64,000 bases of DNA from Thermoguttaceae bacterium (GTDB taxonomy: Bacteria > Planctomycetota > Planctomycetia > Pirellulales > Thermoguttaceae): positions 43,688 through 107,687 of the forward strand of contig JAFRFG010000012.1 of the NCBI GenBank assembly GCA_017434455.1. The letters run 5' to 3'. Of this stretch, positions 25,929 through 36,606 are shown piece after piece. Below the pieces are notes generated by a model. That model saw only the letters and a program-made list of their open reading frames with translations, was not told the DNA's origin and did not search any database. The translations under genes were made by a program, and so were the position numbers. Position 1 is the first letter of the stretch, and every line of letters starts with the position of its first letter.

Positions 25929-26489
25929 ATGCCGACAGAAGAAGTGCTGCTCGATATTGAGGACCGGATGGAAAAGGCGGTCAATAAGCTCAAACGCGAA
26001 CTGACCGGGATTCGTACCGGACGGGCCAATCCCGGCCTGGTCGAATCGGTGAAGGTGATGCTCTATGGTGTCGAGGTCCCGCTCAAGCAGGCGGCGACTA
26101 TCGCCTGCCCCGAGCCGACCCAGGTGCTGATCCGCCCGTTCGATATCTCGACGCTCAAAGATATCGAAAAGGGGATCGCCAACTCCGATCTGGGGTACGC
26201 GCCGAACAACGACGGCAAGGTCATTCGCCTGAATATCCCGCCCCTTTCCCGCGAGGTTCGTCAGAAGATGGTCACGACGATCCGCAAGCTCTGCGAAGAG
26301 GCGAAGATCGCCATCCGCAACGTCCGCCGCGACGGCAATAAGCAGATCGATACGCTGGAGAAAGATAAGCTCATCTCCGAGGACCAGCGCGATCAGGCCA
26401 AAGAGACGGTTCAGGAATATACCAAGAAGTACGAGGAGATGGCAACCGACGCGGCGAAGAAGCGTGAAGCCGAGGTGATGGAAGACTAA
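25929..26489 (+). CDS. frr: ribosome recycling factor
   Basis: 186 aa: ..MEKAVNKLKRELTGIRTGRANPGLVESVKV.., in the canonical rpsB-tsf-pyrH-frr order. Confidence 0.95.
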   Translation: MPTEEVLLDIEDRMEKAVNKLKRELTGIRTGRANPGLVESVKVMLYGVEVPLKQAATIACPEPTQVLIRPFDISTLKDIEKGIANSDLGYAPNNDGKVIRLNIPPLSREVRQKMVTTIRKLCEEAKIAIRNVRRDGNKQIDTLEKDKLISEDQRDQAKETVQEYTKKYEEMATDAAKKREAEVMED

Positions 26490-26512
26490 AACAAGCCCGA
26501 TCGGAAATCCCC

Positions 26513-28072
26513 ATGCCCCGGACCAACGCGATCCTCCTGCTGCTGACCGCCGCGCTGGCGCTGCTGTGCTGCCGTGCCGACGTGCTGCGCGGGAGGGTGC
26601 TGCGCTACGCGCTGCGGCGCGTGGAGCGCTCGGCGCTGGAACCGGTCCAGACCGATAAGCTCCTCAGCGGGATGCTCGACGGGATGCTCCGCTCGGTCGG
26701 TGATCTCCCTTATTCGGCGTTTATCCCCCCCGAGGTGGAAGGGGCCTACGAAGAGGCGATCCAGGGGCGCAACGTCGGGATCGGGATCTGGCTTTTGGGG
26801 CTCCAGTCCAAAGAGCTCCCCGTTTTATGGTTTGTCCCGATGCACGATTCCCCCGTCGAGGACGCTCATCTGCGCTTTGGGGATCGGATCGCCGGGGTCG
26901 ACGGCAAAGGGTTTGCCGGGATGTCGGTTCAGCAGGTCGTCGATCTTTTGGCCGGGGCCGACGGCTCGGAAGTGGTTCTGTCGGTGATCGACCGGCAGTC
27001 GCTGCTCGATGAGGAACCGGCTCCTCCTTCCGAGGAGGATACTTCCGGCGGCGAAAACGCCACTGAGGAAGACAGTTCCAAAGAGGACGATTCCAAAGAG
27101 GATAGTTCCAAAGAAGGCGATTCCGACGACGGCGGCCTGTCTGACCTGAAGGCCCGCTACGGCTCGCTGATGCGCGAGGTGACGGTCCGCCGCGCGGTGA
27201 TTCAGCAAGATATCGTCCTGGGCGACCGGCGCGACGAGAAGGGGAACTGGGATTTCACCCTCGAGGGGCATCCGAACATCGGCTACGTGAAGATCGACCA
27301 GTTCACCGACGCGACCGGGCCCGATTTTGCCGCGGCGCTGGGGGCGCTCGACGGCCGGATCGAGGCGCTGATCCTCGACCTGCGGGGGAACCCCGGCGGG
27401 TTCCTCCCCGCGGCGGTGATGGTCTCGAATATGTTCCTCAATAAGGGGGACCTGATCGTTACCACGCGGGAGCGCGGGGGGAAAGTCCGGGGGGAGTTCA
27501 AGGCCGAGGGGGGACAGAAGTACCTCTGGCCGATGGTCGTTCTTATCGACGGGGGAAGCGCCAGCGCCTCGGAGATTGTCTCCGCCGCGCTGAGCGATCA
27601 CCAGCGGGCGGCTCTGATCGGGCATCGCTCCTACGGGAAGGGGACGGTTCAGCAGCTCTTCAAGCTTCCGTGCGGCATGGGGACGATCCGCCTGACCGAG
27701 GCGAGTTTCTGGCGCCCCTCGGGAGAGCCGATCCATCGCCGCCGCGACGCCGCGCCCGAGGATCAGTGGGGGGTCACCCCCGATACGACCGTCGGCGTCT
27801 CGACCAAGGGGTATTTGGCCGCGGGGCTGTACCGCCGCGTCCGGTCGCTGGAGGAGTACGCCGAGCGGGGATCACTGCTGATGCGGCTGGCGGAAAGGCG
27901 CCTGGCCGAGGATATCGAGCAGCAGGAGGCCTGCTGCGAAATCTTCGAGGACCAGGTCGACGAGGACGCCCCGATGGGGAAGGCCCCCTTCTTCGATCCG
28001 GTGATCGACGCGGCCGTTGAGCATTTGGAAAAGCTTCTGGCCGAGCGCCCCGCCGCGGCGCCGGAGCTGTGA
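26513..28072 (+). CDS. S41-family C-terminal processing peptidase with a PDZ domain and an acidic low-complexity insert
   Basis: 519 aa with LILDLRGNPGGFL and GGSASASEIVSAAL (catalytic Ser region). It has an N-terminal membrane anchor and the insert EEDSSKEDDSKEDSSKEGDSDD. Confidence 0.85.
   Translation: MPRTNAILLLLTAALALLCCRADVLRGRVLRYALRRVERSALEPVQTDKLLSGMLDGMLRSVGDLPYSAFIPPEVEGAYEEAIQGRNVGIGIWLLGLQSKELPVLWFVPMHDSPVEDAHLRFGDRIAGVDGKGFAGMSVQQVVDLLAGADGSEVVLSVIDRQSLLDEEPAPPSEEDTSGGENATEEDSSKEDDSKEDSSKEGDSDDGGLSDLKARYGSLMREVTVRRAVIQQDIVLGDRRDEKGNWDFTLEGHPNIGYVKIDQFTDATGPDFAAALGALDGRIEALILDLRGNPGGFLPAAVMVSNMFLNKGDLIVTTRERGGKVRGEFKAEGGQKYLWPMVVLIDGGSASASEIVSAALSDHQRAALIGHRSYGKGTVQQLFKLPCGMGTIRLTEASFWRPSGEPIHRRRDAAPEDQWGVTPDTTVGVSTKGYLAAGLYRRVRSLEEYAERGSLLMRLAERRLAEDIEQQEACCEIFEDQVDEDAPMGKAPFFDPVIDAAVEHLEKLLAERPAAAPEL
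27068..27127 (+). repeat. in-frame 15-nt tandem repeat (x4, imperfect) inside the S41 peptidase gene
   Basis: gaagacagttccaaa / gaggacgattccaaa / gaggatagttccaaa / gaaggcgattccgac, encoding EDSSK-EDDSK-EDSSK-EGDSD. Confidence 0.8.
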
Positions 28073-28117
28073 TACACAAATACGCTGCACATTAAGCGAA
28101 AGACAAGGAGTCCATCC

Positions 28118-29044
28118 GTGGGTATCTACGATCGAGATTATTACCGCGATCCCCCGCGCGGCGGCGGGATCAAGGGGTTTTTTAGCGGCCTGCTGAGAAA
28201 TATCCTTTGGGTCATCATCGGCCTGAACGTCTTGGTCTTTGTCTTTAACGGCTTCCTGACGCCGGAAACGAACCTGGTGACCGGTTTCTTGTCGATGCAC
28301 AACGTTACCCTCAAAGAACCGAGACTGTGGTTCGAGTTTTTGACCTACGGTTTCGCCCACGCGCCGAATTCGTTCAACCACATTTTCTTCAATATGCTCA
28401 CCCTCTTCTTCTTCGCCCGGTATATCATTATGCGATACGGGGCGCTGGAGTTTTTGCTCTTCTACCTGCTGGCGATCCTCGCCGGCGGCCTGGTCTGGGG
28501 AGTGATCCACAGCGGCAGCCAGCCCGCCGCGATGATGGGCGCCTCCGGCGGGGTGACGGCGGTGGTGATCCTTTTCGCGCTGAACGAGCCGCGGGCGACC
28601 CTCTTCGTCTGGTTCATTCCGATGCCGGCGTGGATGGCGGCGATCCTCTTCGTCGCCCTGGATATCTTCGGCGCCGGCGCGATGGTGGCGCACGATGTCC
28701 ACCTCACCGGGGCGGCGTTCGCCGCGCTCTACTACCTGACGAACTTCCGCTTCACCCATCCGTTCAGCCGCCGGCCCAAACGCGTCAGGAGCGTTTCTTC
28801 CTTTAAGCCGCGCGTGCGTCTGCACGAGCCGACCCCCGAGGATAAGCGCGCCCCCTCGTCGACCGCCGACGCGTCGATCGAGGTGATCGGCGAGCCGCAG
28901 CCGCGGCCGGTCAGCGACCTGGAAAGGAAGGTCGACGCGATCCTGCGCAAGATCTCCCGCTCGGGGGAGGAGAGTTTGACCGACGAGGAGCGGGAGGTCC
29001 TTCTTCGCGCCACGCGGGAATATCAGAAGCGCAACCGCAAGTAA
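28118..29044 (+). CDS. rhomboid-family intramembrane serine protease
   Basis: 308 aa with a GTG start after AAGGAG. Motifs FAHAPNSFNHIFFNM and GASGGV, several TM segments, and a charged C-terminal tail. Confidence 0.85.
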   Translation: MGIYDRDYYRDPPRGGGIKGFFSGLLRNILWVIIGLNVLVFVFNGFLTPETNLVTGFLSMHNVTLKEPRLWFEFLTYGFAHAPNSFNHIFFNMLTLFFFARYIIMRYGALEFLLFYLLAILAGGLVWGVIHSGSQPAAMMGASGGVTAVVILFALNEPRATLFVWFIPMPAWMAAILFVALDIFGAGAMVAHDVHLTGAAFAALYYLTNFRFTHPFSRRPKRVRSVSSFKPRVRLHEPTPEDKRAPSSTADASIEVIGEPQPRPVSDLERKVDAILRKISRSGEESLTDEEREVLLRATREYQKRNRK

Positions 29045-29078
29045 AAGAATAAAACTTATTTAAGGGAGGTGCCGCGCG

Positions 29079-31253
29079 ATGAAGCGCCGGGTCCTTTTTC
29101 TGGCGATGGGGCTGCTGGCGACGGCGGCCCTTTGGCCGCTTTTCGCCCAGTCGTCCGACAGCGGCGCCGACCCCAATGGGGAGGATCCGCTTTCGATCGG
29201 GCCGGTGGATAATATCATGCGGCCGGAGCATTTGGGGATCGCCAATCACCGGATGACCACCAGTGTCCCGTACGAGACGGTCGGAACGGTTGCCGGGCTT
29301 TGGGCCGTCCCTTACGTGTCGTCCGATTGGCGGCTTGTCCCGACGCTCGACGGGGAGCCGCTTGTAACTAGTGATTACCGCTGGTATCCGGTTCGGTTTG
29401 TCTCCTCGGGGAGCCGCGGGGGGCTGGAACTTCAGTCGAACGTGGTCTTGATCGCCGGGCGGCGCGCCGCCGTGGGGGAACTGTCGCTGCGCAATCGCTC
29501 GGACAAAATAAAAGAGGGGGCGCTGACTCTGTCGCTGGCCGCGCCGACCTTGGATAAGACCGACGAGTGGCTTTTTAGTACCCGGACCAGCGCCGCCCCC
29601 GCCGCCGCGGCCGAAGAGCCGGGGGCACTTTGCTTCACGCAGGGGGAATCGGGGATCTGCCTTGCCGCCGAGGGGGAATTATCCCTCGATGACGACCGGC
29701 CGCGCTGCCGGTTTGACTATACCCTTGGGCCGAACGAAACCGCCGTTTTCTACTACACCGTCGCGATCGGGCCGAAGGAAGAGGCCCGCCGCGCGGCCGG
29801 GGAAATCGCCGCCGATCCCCGGGGAGCGATTGCCGAATCGCTGAAGGCGTATCGGGCCGAGCGGGAGGCGATCGCCGAGCAGCTCCCCGCGCTGGAGTCG
29901 GACAACAGCCAGTGGGTGGGGCTCTATAACCGGTCGCTTTTGCATTTTTTTACCAACCGCTGGGAGGGGGACGGTTTTCTCCTGCGGCCGTACTACGCCA
30001 CCGGCGGCATGTCGGGGGGATGCACCTGCTGCTATCTGTGGAATTTCGGCGAGCCGTGGGAGATCCTCCCCCTGTGGGATCCCCAGGCGGCCAAGGCGCA
30101 TATCAAGCAGTTTTTGTCGATCGACCTGACCGAGCATTTCGCCTTTACCCCGGTGACGGGGGCCGGATACGGCCCATGGTATATGGTCAATCAGGAAAAG
30201 ATCCTCGGGCTGATCTATTACTATATTCGCGTCACCGGCGATACGGCGTTTTTGGCCGAACAGGTCAGCGGCCGGACGATCGCCGAACATGTCGCCGAGC
30301 AGGCCTATGTTCACGAAGACCCGAACGGGCCGGTGGAACTGATCGACTACGGCTCTTCGAACAGCCATCTGGAACTGCGCCGGGCCAGCGATCTTTACAA
30401 TCACGTGATGCCCGATCTCAACGGCCGGCGGTACGCGAACTACCTGATGGCCGATACCCTTTTGCGCCTGGCCGGCCGGCCGGACCAGCGGCTGGTGAAG
30501 CGGGCCGAGGCGTTAAAGGCGCTTTTAAAGGAGCGCCTCTGGAATCGGGAGACGAACTGGTTCGACTTTTTGGACGGCGATTCCCGGCCGCGGACCCGCT
30601 GGACGATCCAGATGTATAAGCTCTTCGGCAGTGGGGTTCTCGACGAGGAGCAGACCGCCGGGCTGCTGTCGCACTGGAACGAGACGGAATTTCTGGGACC
30701 CTATGGGGTTCATTCCCTCGCCAAGCAGGACGAGTGGTACGATCCGGCGGACGTCGATAACGGCGGGCCGGGGGCGTGCACCGACTTCGGGCCGCAGATC
30801 GCCGAGCGCTTCTATAAGTCGGGGCACGCGGCCGAGGGGGATGATATCCTGCGCCGGATGCTGTGGCTCGGCAGCCGGATGCCGTATTGGGGCGACTCGG
30901 TCTACGCCTCGGAGTTGAACTATCGTCACGATACCCCGCTGCAGTGTATGTTCGATTCGGTCACGATCGCGCAGTCGATCCTCTTCGGAACGTTTGGGCT
31001 GTCGTGTCGGTTCGACGGCGCCGTCGAGGTGACGCCGGTTCTCCCGTCGTTCGCCCGGTACGCGAATCTGCGGCATGTTCGCCTGCGTGGCGAGCGGTTT
31101 GACCTGGAGGTTCGCCGGGACGGCTTTGCCGTGATCTTGCCCGACGGCCGGCGGATCGACGCCCCCGCGGGAAAGACGATTGAGCTGTCGGGGCAAACCA
31201 GGCGGGTCCTCGATTCCCGTACCCGCAGCGAGGACGGGCTGATCCTGTACTGA
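29079..31253 (+). CDS. secreted protein of unknown function (possibly an (alpha/alpha)6-barrel glycosidase-like fold; low functional confidence)
   Basis: 724-aa ORF with signal peptide MKRRVLFLAMGLLATAALWPLFAQS, a GGGAGG ribosome-binding site and G/C third-position bias. Confidence 0.7.
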   Translation: MKRRVLFLAMGLLATAALWPLFAQSSDSGADPNGEDPLSIGPVDNIMRPEHLGIANHRMTTSVPYETVGTVAGLWAVPYVSSDWRLVPTLDGEPLVTSDYRWYPVRFVSSGSRGGLELQSNVVLIAGRRAAVGELSLRNRSDKIKEGALTLSLAAPTLDKTDEWLFSTRTSAAPAAAAEEPGALCFTQGESGICLAAEGELSLDDDRPRCRFDYTLGPNETAVFYYTVAIGPKEEARRAAGEIAADPRGAIAESLKAYRAEREAIAEQLPALESDNSQWVGLYNRSLLHFFTNRWEGDGFLLRPYYATGGMSGGCTCCYLWNFGEPWEILPLWDPQAAKAHIKQFLSIDLTEHFAFTPVTGAGYGPWYMVNQEKILGLIYYYIRVTGDTAFLAEQVSGRTIAEHVAEQAYVHEDPNGPVELIDYGSSNSHLELRRASDLYNHVMPDLNGRRYANYLMADTLLRLAGRPDQRLVKRAEALKALLKERLWNRETNWFDFLDGDSRPRTRWTIQMYKLFGSGVLDEEQTAGLLSHWNETEFLGPYGVHSLAKQDEWYDPADVDNGGPGACTDFGPQIAERFYKSGHAAEGDDILRRMLWLGSRMPYWGDSVYASELNYRHDTPLQCMFDSVTIAQSILFGTFGLSCRFDGAVEVTPVLPSFARYANLRHVRLRGERFDLEVRRDGFAVILPDGRRIDAPAGKTIELSGQTRRVLDSRTRSEDGLILY

Positions 31254-31289
31254 ACAAGCCCGCTGGCCTTAAAGAGCCGTACCGAAACG

Positions 31290-31321
31290 AAAAAGGAGCC
31301 CCATTGGGGCTCCTTTTTTTT
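31290..31321. terminator. bidirectional intrinsic terminator between convergent genes
   Basis: aaaaa-ggagcccc-att-ggggctcc-ttttttttt. Confidence 0.7.
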
Positions 31322-31340
31322 GGGGGGGCGGGGTACTTGT

Positions 31341-32729
31341 TTACAGCCCCAGTTTCTTCTCGACTTCCTCGAGCGGAACCCCCTTGGTCTCGATGAAGAA
31401 CCGCTTGACGACGAAGAACTGCACGATCATCGCGCAGGCGCCGAAGAGGAACGGGATCGCCAGGCGCGGGTAGGCCCCGGGGGTGACCTCCCCGGCGGTG
31501 AACGAGACGATCATCGGGTAGACCTGCGCGGCGATGGCGCACAGCCCCCAGTGGGTGAAACTTCCCAGCGCCTGTCCCTTGGAGCGCACGGCGTTGGGGA
31601 AGATCTCGCTGACGTAGACCCAGATCACCGCCCCCTGCGAGAAGCTGAAGAAGATAATAAAGATCGAAAGCGCCACCGGGAAGAGCTCGACCAGCTCGTG
31701 CTTGGCCGCGATGTAGGCCGCCAATAAAAGCGGCAGCGCCGTTCCCCACGAACCGATCAGGAGCATGGTCTTGCGGCCGAAGCGGTCGATGATGAACAGC
31801 GCGATCGTGCAGGCCAGGACGTTGAACGCCCCGACGATGACCGGCTGAAGGTCGCCGCCGAACTTGGCCCCGACCATCGCGAAGGTGTCGTTGAGGTAGT
31901 ACAAAAAGCCGTTGATGAACGTCAGCTGATTGAACGCCGCCACACCGAAGCCGAGGAGGATCGGGTAGAGGTATTTTCTTTGGAAGAGCGCCTCGCCGGC
32001 CTGCGCCGCCTTGGCGGCGAACGAGTCGCGGATCGCCTGCAGCTCCCCGGCGATATCGGTCTCGCCGACCATCTCCAGGACCTTCTCGGCCTCGTCGTAG
32101 CGTCCCTTAGAGGCGAACCAGCGGGGACTCTCGGGGATGGTGAAGAGCATGATGCCGAACAGCAGGGCGGGGACCGCCTCGACCGAGAACATCACCCGCC
32201 ATTGGTGCGTCAGCGGATCGAGCCCGAAGCACTGAACGATGTAGTTCGAAAGGTAGGCGACTAAGATGCCGAGGCAGACGTTGTACTGAAACAGCAGCAC
32301 CATGCGGCCGCGGCAGCGGGCCGGGGAGATCTCGCTGACGTAGACCGGGCCGAAGACCGACGAGCCGCCGATGCCTAACCCCCCGATGAAGCGGAAGATC
32401 ACCAGAGAGGTGTAGTCCCACGCCAGGCCGCAGCCGACGGCCGAGACGAAGAACAGCAGCGCCAGGAGCTTAAGAATCTCGCGGCGTCCCCAGGCGTCTC
32501 CCAGGCGGGTGAAGCAGAACGAGCCGAGGATCGTCCCGATCAGCGCCGAGGAGACGAAGAACCCCAGCGCCGTGGGGGAGAGTTTGTAGAGATCCTGTAC
32601 CGAGTGGGTCGTCCCTGAGATGACCGCGGTGTCGAACCCGAACAGAAGCCCTCCCAGCGACGAGACAATCGCCGCCAGAACCAGGTAGCGGGTGATGCGG
32701 GCCTTCGGTTTTTCTTCTGTCCGGTCCAT
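31341..32729 (-). CDS. MFS sugar porter (sugar:H+ symporter family)
   Basis: 462 aa with 12 TM-like segments. Motifs GDAWGRREIL and PESPRWFASKGRYDEAEKVLE (sugar-transporter signature region). Confidence 0.9.
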   Translation of the reverse strand: MDRTEEKPKARITRYLVLAAIVSSLGGLLFGFDTAVISGTTHSVQDLYKLSPTALGFFVSSALIGTILGSFCFTRLGDAWGRREILKLLALLFFVSAVGCGLAWDYTSLVIFRFIGGLGIGGSSVFGPVYVSEISPARCRGRMVLLFQYNVCLGILVAYLSNYIVQCFGLDPLTHQWRVMFSVEAVPALLFGIMLFTIPESPRWFASKGRYDEAEKVLEMVGETDIAGELQAIRDSFAAKAAQAGEALFQRKYLYPILLGFGVAAFNQLTFINGFLYYLNDTFAMVGAKFGGDLQPVIVGAFNVLACTIALFIIDRFGRKTMLLIGSWGTALPLLLAAYIAAKHELVELFPVALSIFIIFFSFSQGAVIWVYVSEIFPNAVRSKGQALGSFTHWGLCAIAAQVYPMIVSFTAGEVTPGAYPRLAIPFLFGACAMIVQFFVVKRFFIETKGVPLEEVEKKLGL

Positions 32730-32799
32730 AAAAGGTACTCTCCTTTTCGATAGAGGGATATATTCACCAAAGATATCTTAGTATACCAGAGAATACGCC

Positions 32800-33654
32800 T
32801 TAGGTGTTGGGCCACTGGCCGCGAAAAACTTCCGCCGCCGGGCCGGTCATCAAGACGTGATTGTCGGCCCCCCATTCGATCTGAAGGTCGCCCCCCAAGA
32901 GGTGAACCAAAACGCGGCGGCCGCAGCGGCCGCTCAGCGCGGCGGCCACGCACGCGGCGCAGGTGCCGGTGCCGCAGGCGAGCGTCTCGCCGGCCCCCCG
33001 CTCCCAGACGCGCATCCGCATTTCCTCCGGGGAGATCACCTGCGCGAACTCGACGTTCACCCGTCGGGGGAATTCCGGGGCGGTCTCGATCAGCGGGCCG
33101 ACCCCCAAGACCAGCTCGTCGGTCGGTTCGTCGACGAAGATGACGCAGTGCGGGTTCCCCATCGAGACGGCCGTCGCCCGAAAGAAGTGATCCTTCACGG
33201 TCAGGGGAACATCGACCGCCGGTTCGGCTTCGCCGCCGGCGGGGCTTCGAAGCGTGGTCGGGATATCGGCGGGGGTGAGAATCGGTTCCCCCATATCGAC
33301 CCGAACGCGCGCGACCCGGCCGGCCTCCAGCTCGCAGTGCATCGCCAGAACCCCCGCGCCGGTTTCGATCGGGAAATCGACCCCCGAGGCGTAGCCGGCG
33401 TCGTGGACGTACTTGGCGACGCAGCGCACGCCGTTGCCGCACATCTCGCTTTCGCTCCCGTCGGCGTTGTACATCCGCATCCGCGCGGCGGCCTTGTCGC
33501 TGGGGGTGATCAGAATCAGGCCGTCGCTTCCGACACCGAAATGACGGTCCGAGATCTTCGGCGCGAGGGTTTCGGCCGGCTCGGGGAGGGTTTCGCGGAA
33601 GCAGTCGACGTAGACGTAGTCGTTCCCCGCGCCGTGCATTTTGATGAAGTTCAT
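32800..33654 (-). CDS. dapF: diaminopimelate epimerase
   Basis: [17 protein letters not shown].., with catalytic Cys contexts MCGNGVRC and ACGTGTCA. Its start overlaps the cysA stop (ATGA). Confidence 0.93.
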   Translation of the reverse strand: MNFIKMHGAGNDYVYVDCFRETLPEPAETLAPKISDRHFGVGSDGLILITPSDKAAARMRMYNADGSESEMCGNGVRCVAKYVHDAGYASGVDFPIETGAGVLAMHCELEAGRVARVRVDMGEPILTPADIPTTLRSPAGGEAEPAVDVPLTVKDHFFRATAVSMGNPHCVIFVDEPTDELVLGVGPLIETAPEFPRRVNVEFAQVISPEEMRMRVWERGAGETLACGTGTCAACVAAALSGRCGRRVLVHLLGGDLQIEWGADNHVLMTGPAAEVFRGQWPNT

Positions 33655-34814
33655 GAGGCCTTTTCCTCGCCGGACGCCGACGCGCCGGCCTTGGGTGTTT
33701 CTGTTGTCCGCGCCGCGGCGGGCGTATCGACCGCGTCGAAGATACGGACCGAGTGCGGGGTAACGAAGCAGCGGTCCCCCGCCTTCAACCCGAGCCGTTC
33801 CCAGCGGGCGTGCGAGACTTCGGCGAGCATCGGCTCCCCCTCGTCGGACTGCAGCTCTACCCGAATCCGAACGCCGGCGGAATGGACCCGCAGGATGGTT
33901 CCCGGGAAAGAGAGCTGCCCCTCGCGCGGCTGGCGGGTGATCGCCAAATCGTGCGGGCGCACGAAGAACGAGGCGTTCGCCTCGCTGGCCCAGTCGGAGG
34001 TGTTGGCGGCGACCATCTCCTCGGCGACCCCGGCGTACTGGCCGATGTGGATCTCGCCGGTGCGCCCCAGACGGCCGCGGAATTGGTTCACCTGGCCGAG
34101 GAAGTTCATCACAAAGGGGGTGCTCGGATGGTGGAAGACGTAGTCGGGCTTGTCGAACTGCTCGATATGGCCGTTGTTCATCACCGCGACCCGGTCGGCC
34201 AGTTCGAGCGCCTCGTCCTGGTCGTGCGTGACGAAGACGCTGGTCAGGTGGATCTCTTCATGGAGGCGGCGCAGCCAGCCGCGCAGTTCGACGCGGACCT
34301 TGGCGTCGAGGGCGCCGAACGGCTCGTCGAGCAGGAGGACCTTCGGCCGGACGGCCAGGGCGCGGGCCAGCGCGACCCGCTGGCGCTGCCCGCCGGAGAG
34401 CTGATTGGGGTAGCGGTCGGCGAGGTTGTCGAGCTGGATCATGTGGAGCAGCTCACTGACGCGGGCACGGATCTGTTCTTTCGTCGGGCGGATTTTGCGC
34501 GGCTTGACCGTCAGACCGAAGGCGATATTGTCGAAGACCGTCATGTGGCGGAACAGCGCGTAGTGCTGAAAGACGAAACCGACCCCGCGCTGGCCGACCT
34601 TGCGGCGGGCGACGTCTTCCCCGCCGAAGAAGATCGGGCCGCTGGTCGGGTCGGGGACCTCCAGGCCGGCGATGATCCGCAGCAGCGTCGTCTTCCCCGA
34701 ACCGGAGGGACCCAGCAGCGCGACCAGCTCCCCGGCGTTGATTTTGATGCTGACGTTGTCGAGCGCCTTGAATTGGCCGAACGACTTGGTGATATTCCTC
34801 ACTTCGATGCTCAT
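33651..34814 (-). CDS. cysA: sulfate/thiosulfate ABC transporter ATP-binding protein
   Basis: [46 protein letters not shown] (Walker A), [26 protein letters not shown]. Confidence 0.92.
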   Translation of the reverse strand: MSIEVRNITKSFGQFKALDNVSIKINAGELVALLGPSGSGKTTLLRIIAGLEVPDPTSGPIFFGGEDVARRKVGQRGVGFVFQHYALFRHMTVFDNIAFGLTVKPRKIRPTKEQIRARVSELLHMIQLDNLADRYPNQLSGGQRQRVALARALAVRPKVLLLDEPFGALDAKVRVELRGWLRRLHEEIHLTSVFVTHDQDEALELADRVAVMNNGHIEQFDKPDYVFHHPSTPFVMNFLGQVNQFRGRLGRTGEIHIGQYAGVAEEMVAANTSDWASEANASFFVRPHDLAITRQPREGQLSFPGTILRVHSAGVRIRVELQSDEGEPMLAEVSHARWERLGLKAGDRCFVTPHSVRIFDAVDTPAAARTTETPKAGASASGEEKAS

Positions 34815-35695
34815 AGTCGGTTCTCCTTAGCGCTGATCTTCCACTCGATGAACGATTTGACGATCAGCGTGACGATCGCCATCACGGCCAGGATGGTCGC
34901 CACGGCGAACGGCGCGCAGGCGTCGGCGTAACCTTGATACAGGGCGTTGATGTGCAGCGGAAGGGTGTTGGTCTTCGCGCTGTTCCCCGCCACGACCACC
35001 ACGGCGCCGAATTCCCCCATCGCTCGGGCGTTGCACAGGATGATTCCGTAAAGAAGGGCCCATTTGACGTTCGGCAGGGTGATCCGAAGGAAGATGTGCC
35101 AGCCGCGGGCGCCCAGCACCCGGGCGGCCTGCTCTTCCTCGGTCCCCTGCGACTGCATGACCGGGATCAGCTCGCGCACGACGAAGGGGAAGGTGACGAA
35201 GATCGTCGCGATGGTCACCCCCGGCCAGGCGAACAGGACGCGGATGTTATGGTCCTGCAGCCACTGGCCGAAGGCCGACTGCGTGCCGAAGATGAAGACG
35301 AACAGAAGTCCGGCGATGACCGGGGAGATGGCGAACGGGATATCGATCAGCGACAGAAGAAAACTCTTGCCGACGAACTGGAACTTGCCGATGCACCAGG
35401 CCGCCGCCAGCCCGAAGATCACGTTCAGCGGGACGGTGATCCCCGTGGCGAGGAAGGTCATCTTCAGCGCCGAGAGGGTATGGCGGTCGGTCACCGCCTT
35501 TTTGAACAGCTCCCATCCCGAGGCGAACGCCTCGTAGAAGACGCAGATCAGCGGCAGGAGGAGAAAGACGCTCATAAACAGCACCGCGACGGTGATCAAA
35601 AACCATTTGACCGCCGCCGGCTCGGTAGTCGCCTCTTTGACGGCCCGGAAGTGGGAACCGTAGTCGGTCTTCTGCGCGCGGGTCAGTAAGCTCAT
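34811..35695 (-). CDS. cysW: sulfate ABC transporter permease
   Basis: Permease with multiple TM segments, located between cysT and cysA. Start taken at MSLLTRAQ (35695). The track start at 35764 would overlap the end of cysT. Confidence 0.85.
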   Translation of the reverse strand: MSLLTRAQKTDYGSHFRAVKEATTEPAAVKWFLITVAVLFMSVFLLLPLICVFYEAFASGWELFKKAVTDRHTLSALKMTFLATGITVPLNVIFGLAAAWCIGKFQFVGKSFLLSLIDIPFAISPVIAGLLFVFIFGTQSAFGQWLQDHNIRVLFAWPGVTIATIFVTFPFVVRELIPVMQSQGTEEEQAARVLGARGWHIFLRITLPNVKWALLYGIILCNARAMGEFGAVVVVAGNSAKTNTLPLHINALYQGYADACAPFAVATILAVMAIVTLIVKSFIEWKISAKENRL

Positions 35696-35730
35696 GGTCC
35701 GCCTTGATTTGTTCGCGTTATGGTTGGGGG

Positions 35731-36567
35731 CTACTGCGCCTGGGCGAAGCGCCGGTTGGCCCAAAGCTGGACGAGGTTGATCGCCAGCAATATCCCGAAC
35801 GACGCGGCGAGCATGACGATCGCCACGGCCGAGGCGGCGATATGGCCGTTCTCCTCGTAGAGTTTCGAGAGGATGACGCTCGACATGATCTCGGTCTTTC
35901 CGGGGATCATTCCCCCGATGAACAGGACCGAGCCGTATTCCCCGATCGCCCGGGCGAACGCCATCGCGAAGCCGGTGATGAACGCCGGGAGAACCGCCGG
36001 GAAGATCACCTTGGTAAAGGTCTGCCAGCGGTTGGCCCCCAAACTGGCCGAGACCTCCTCAAGTTCCTTGTCGATCTCCTGCAGCGACGGCTGCAGCGTT
36101 CGAATGACGAACGGCATCCCGATAAAGATCAGCGCGATCGTCACCCCGATCTCCGTGCCGCGGATCGGGAAAGAGAAATGACTCCCCAGCCAGCCGTGCT
36201 CGGAGTAGATCTGCGCCAGGGCGATCCCCGAGACGGCGGTCGGCATGGCGAAGGGCAGGTCGACCATCGCGTCGATGATCCGCTTGCCGGGGAACCAGTA
36301 GCGGACCAGGACCCAGGCGACGATGAAGCCGAAAAAGGCGTTGACCAGCGCCGCGACGAACGAGGCGCGGAAGGTGAGGGCGAACGACTTTTTGACCAAG
36401 TCGTTCGACATAATTTGCAGAAAGTCGCTCGGCGACAGGTGCGCGGTAACGACAAAAAGCCCGGAGAGGGGAATCAGGACGATCAGCGACAGGTACAGGA
36501 CCGTGAAGCCCATCGTCAGGCCGAACCCGGGAAGAACGGATCGCTGGAGCAAAGCAGGCCGAGCCAC
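35731..36567 (-). CDS. cysT: sulfate ABC transporter permease
   Basis: 278 aa with a GTG start 7 nt after AAGGAG. Typical binding-protein-dependent permease fold and operon position. Confidence 0.85.
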   Translation of the reverse strand: MARPALLQRSVLPGFGLTMGFTVLYLSLIVLIPLSGLFVVTAHLSPSDFLQIMSNDLVKKSFALTFRASFVAALVNAFFGFIVAWVLVRYWFPGKRIIDAMVDLPFAMPTAVSGIALAQIYSEHGWLGSHFSFPIRGTEIGVTIALIFIGMPFVIRTLQPSLQEIDKELEEVSASLGANRWQTFTKVIFPAVLPAFITGFAMAFARAIGEYGSVLFIGGMIPGKTEIMSSVILSKLYEENGHIAASAVAIVMLAASFGILLAINLVQLWANRRFAQAQ

Positions 36568-36606
36568 GAAATACTCCTTTTGCGCAGGTGAGGGGGGGAA
36601 GGGGGG

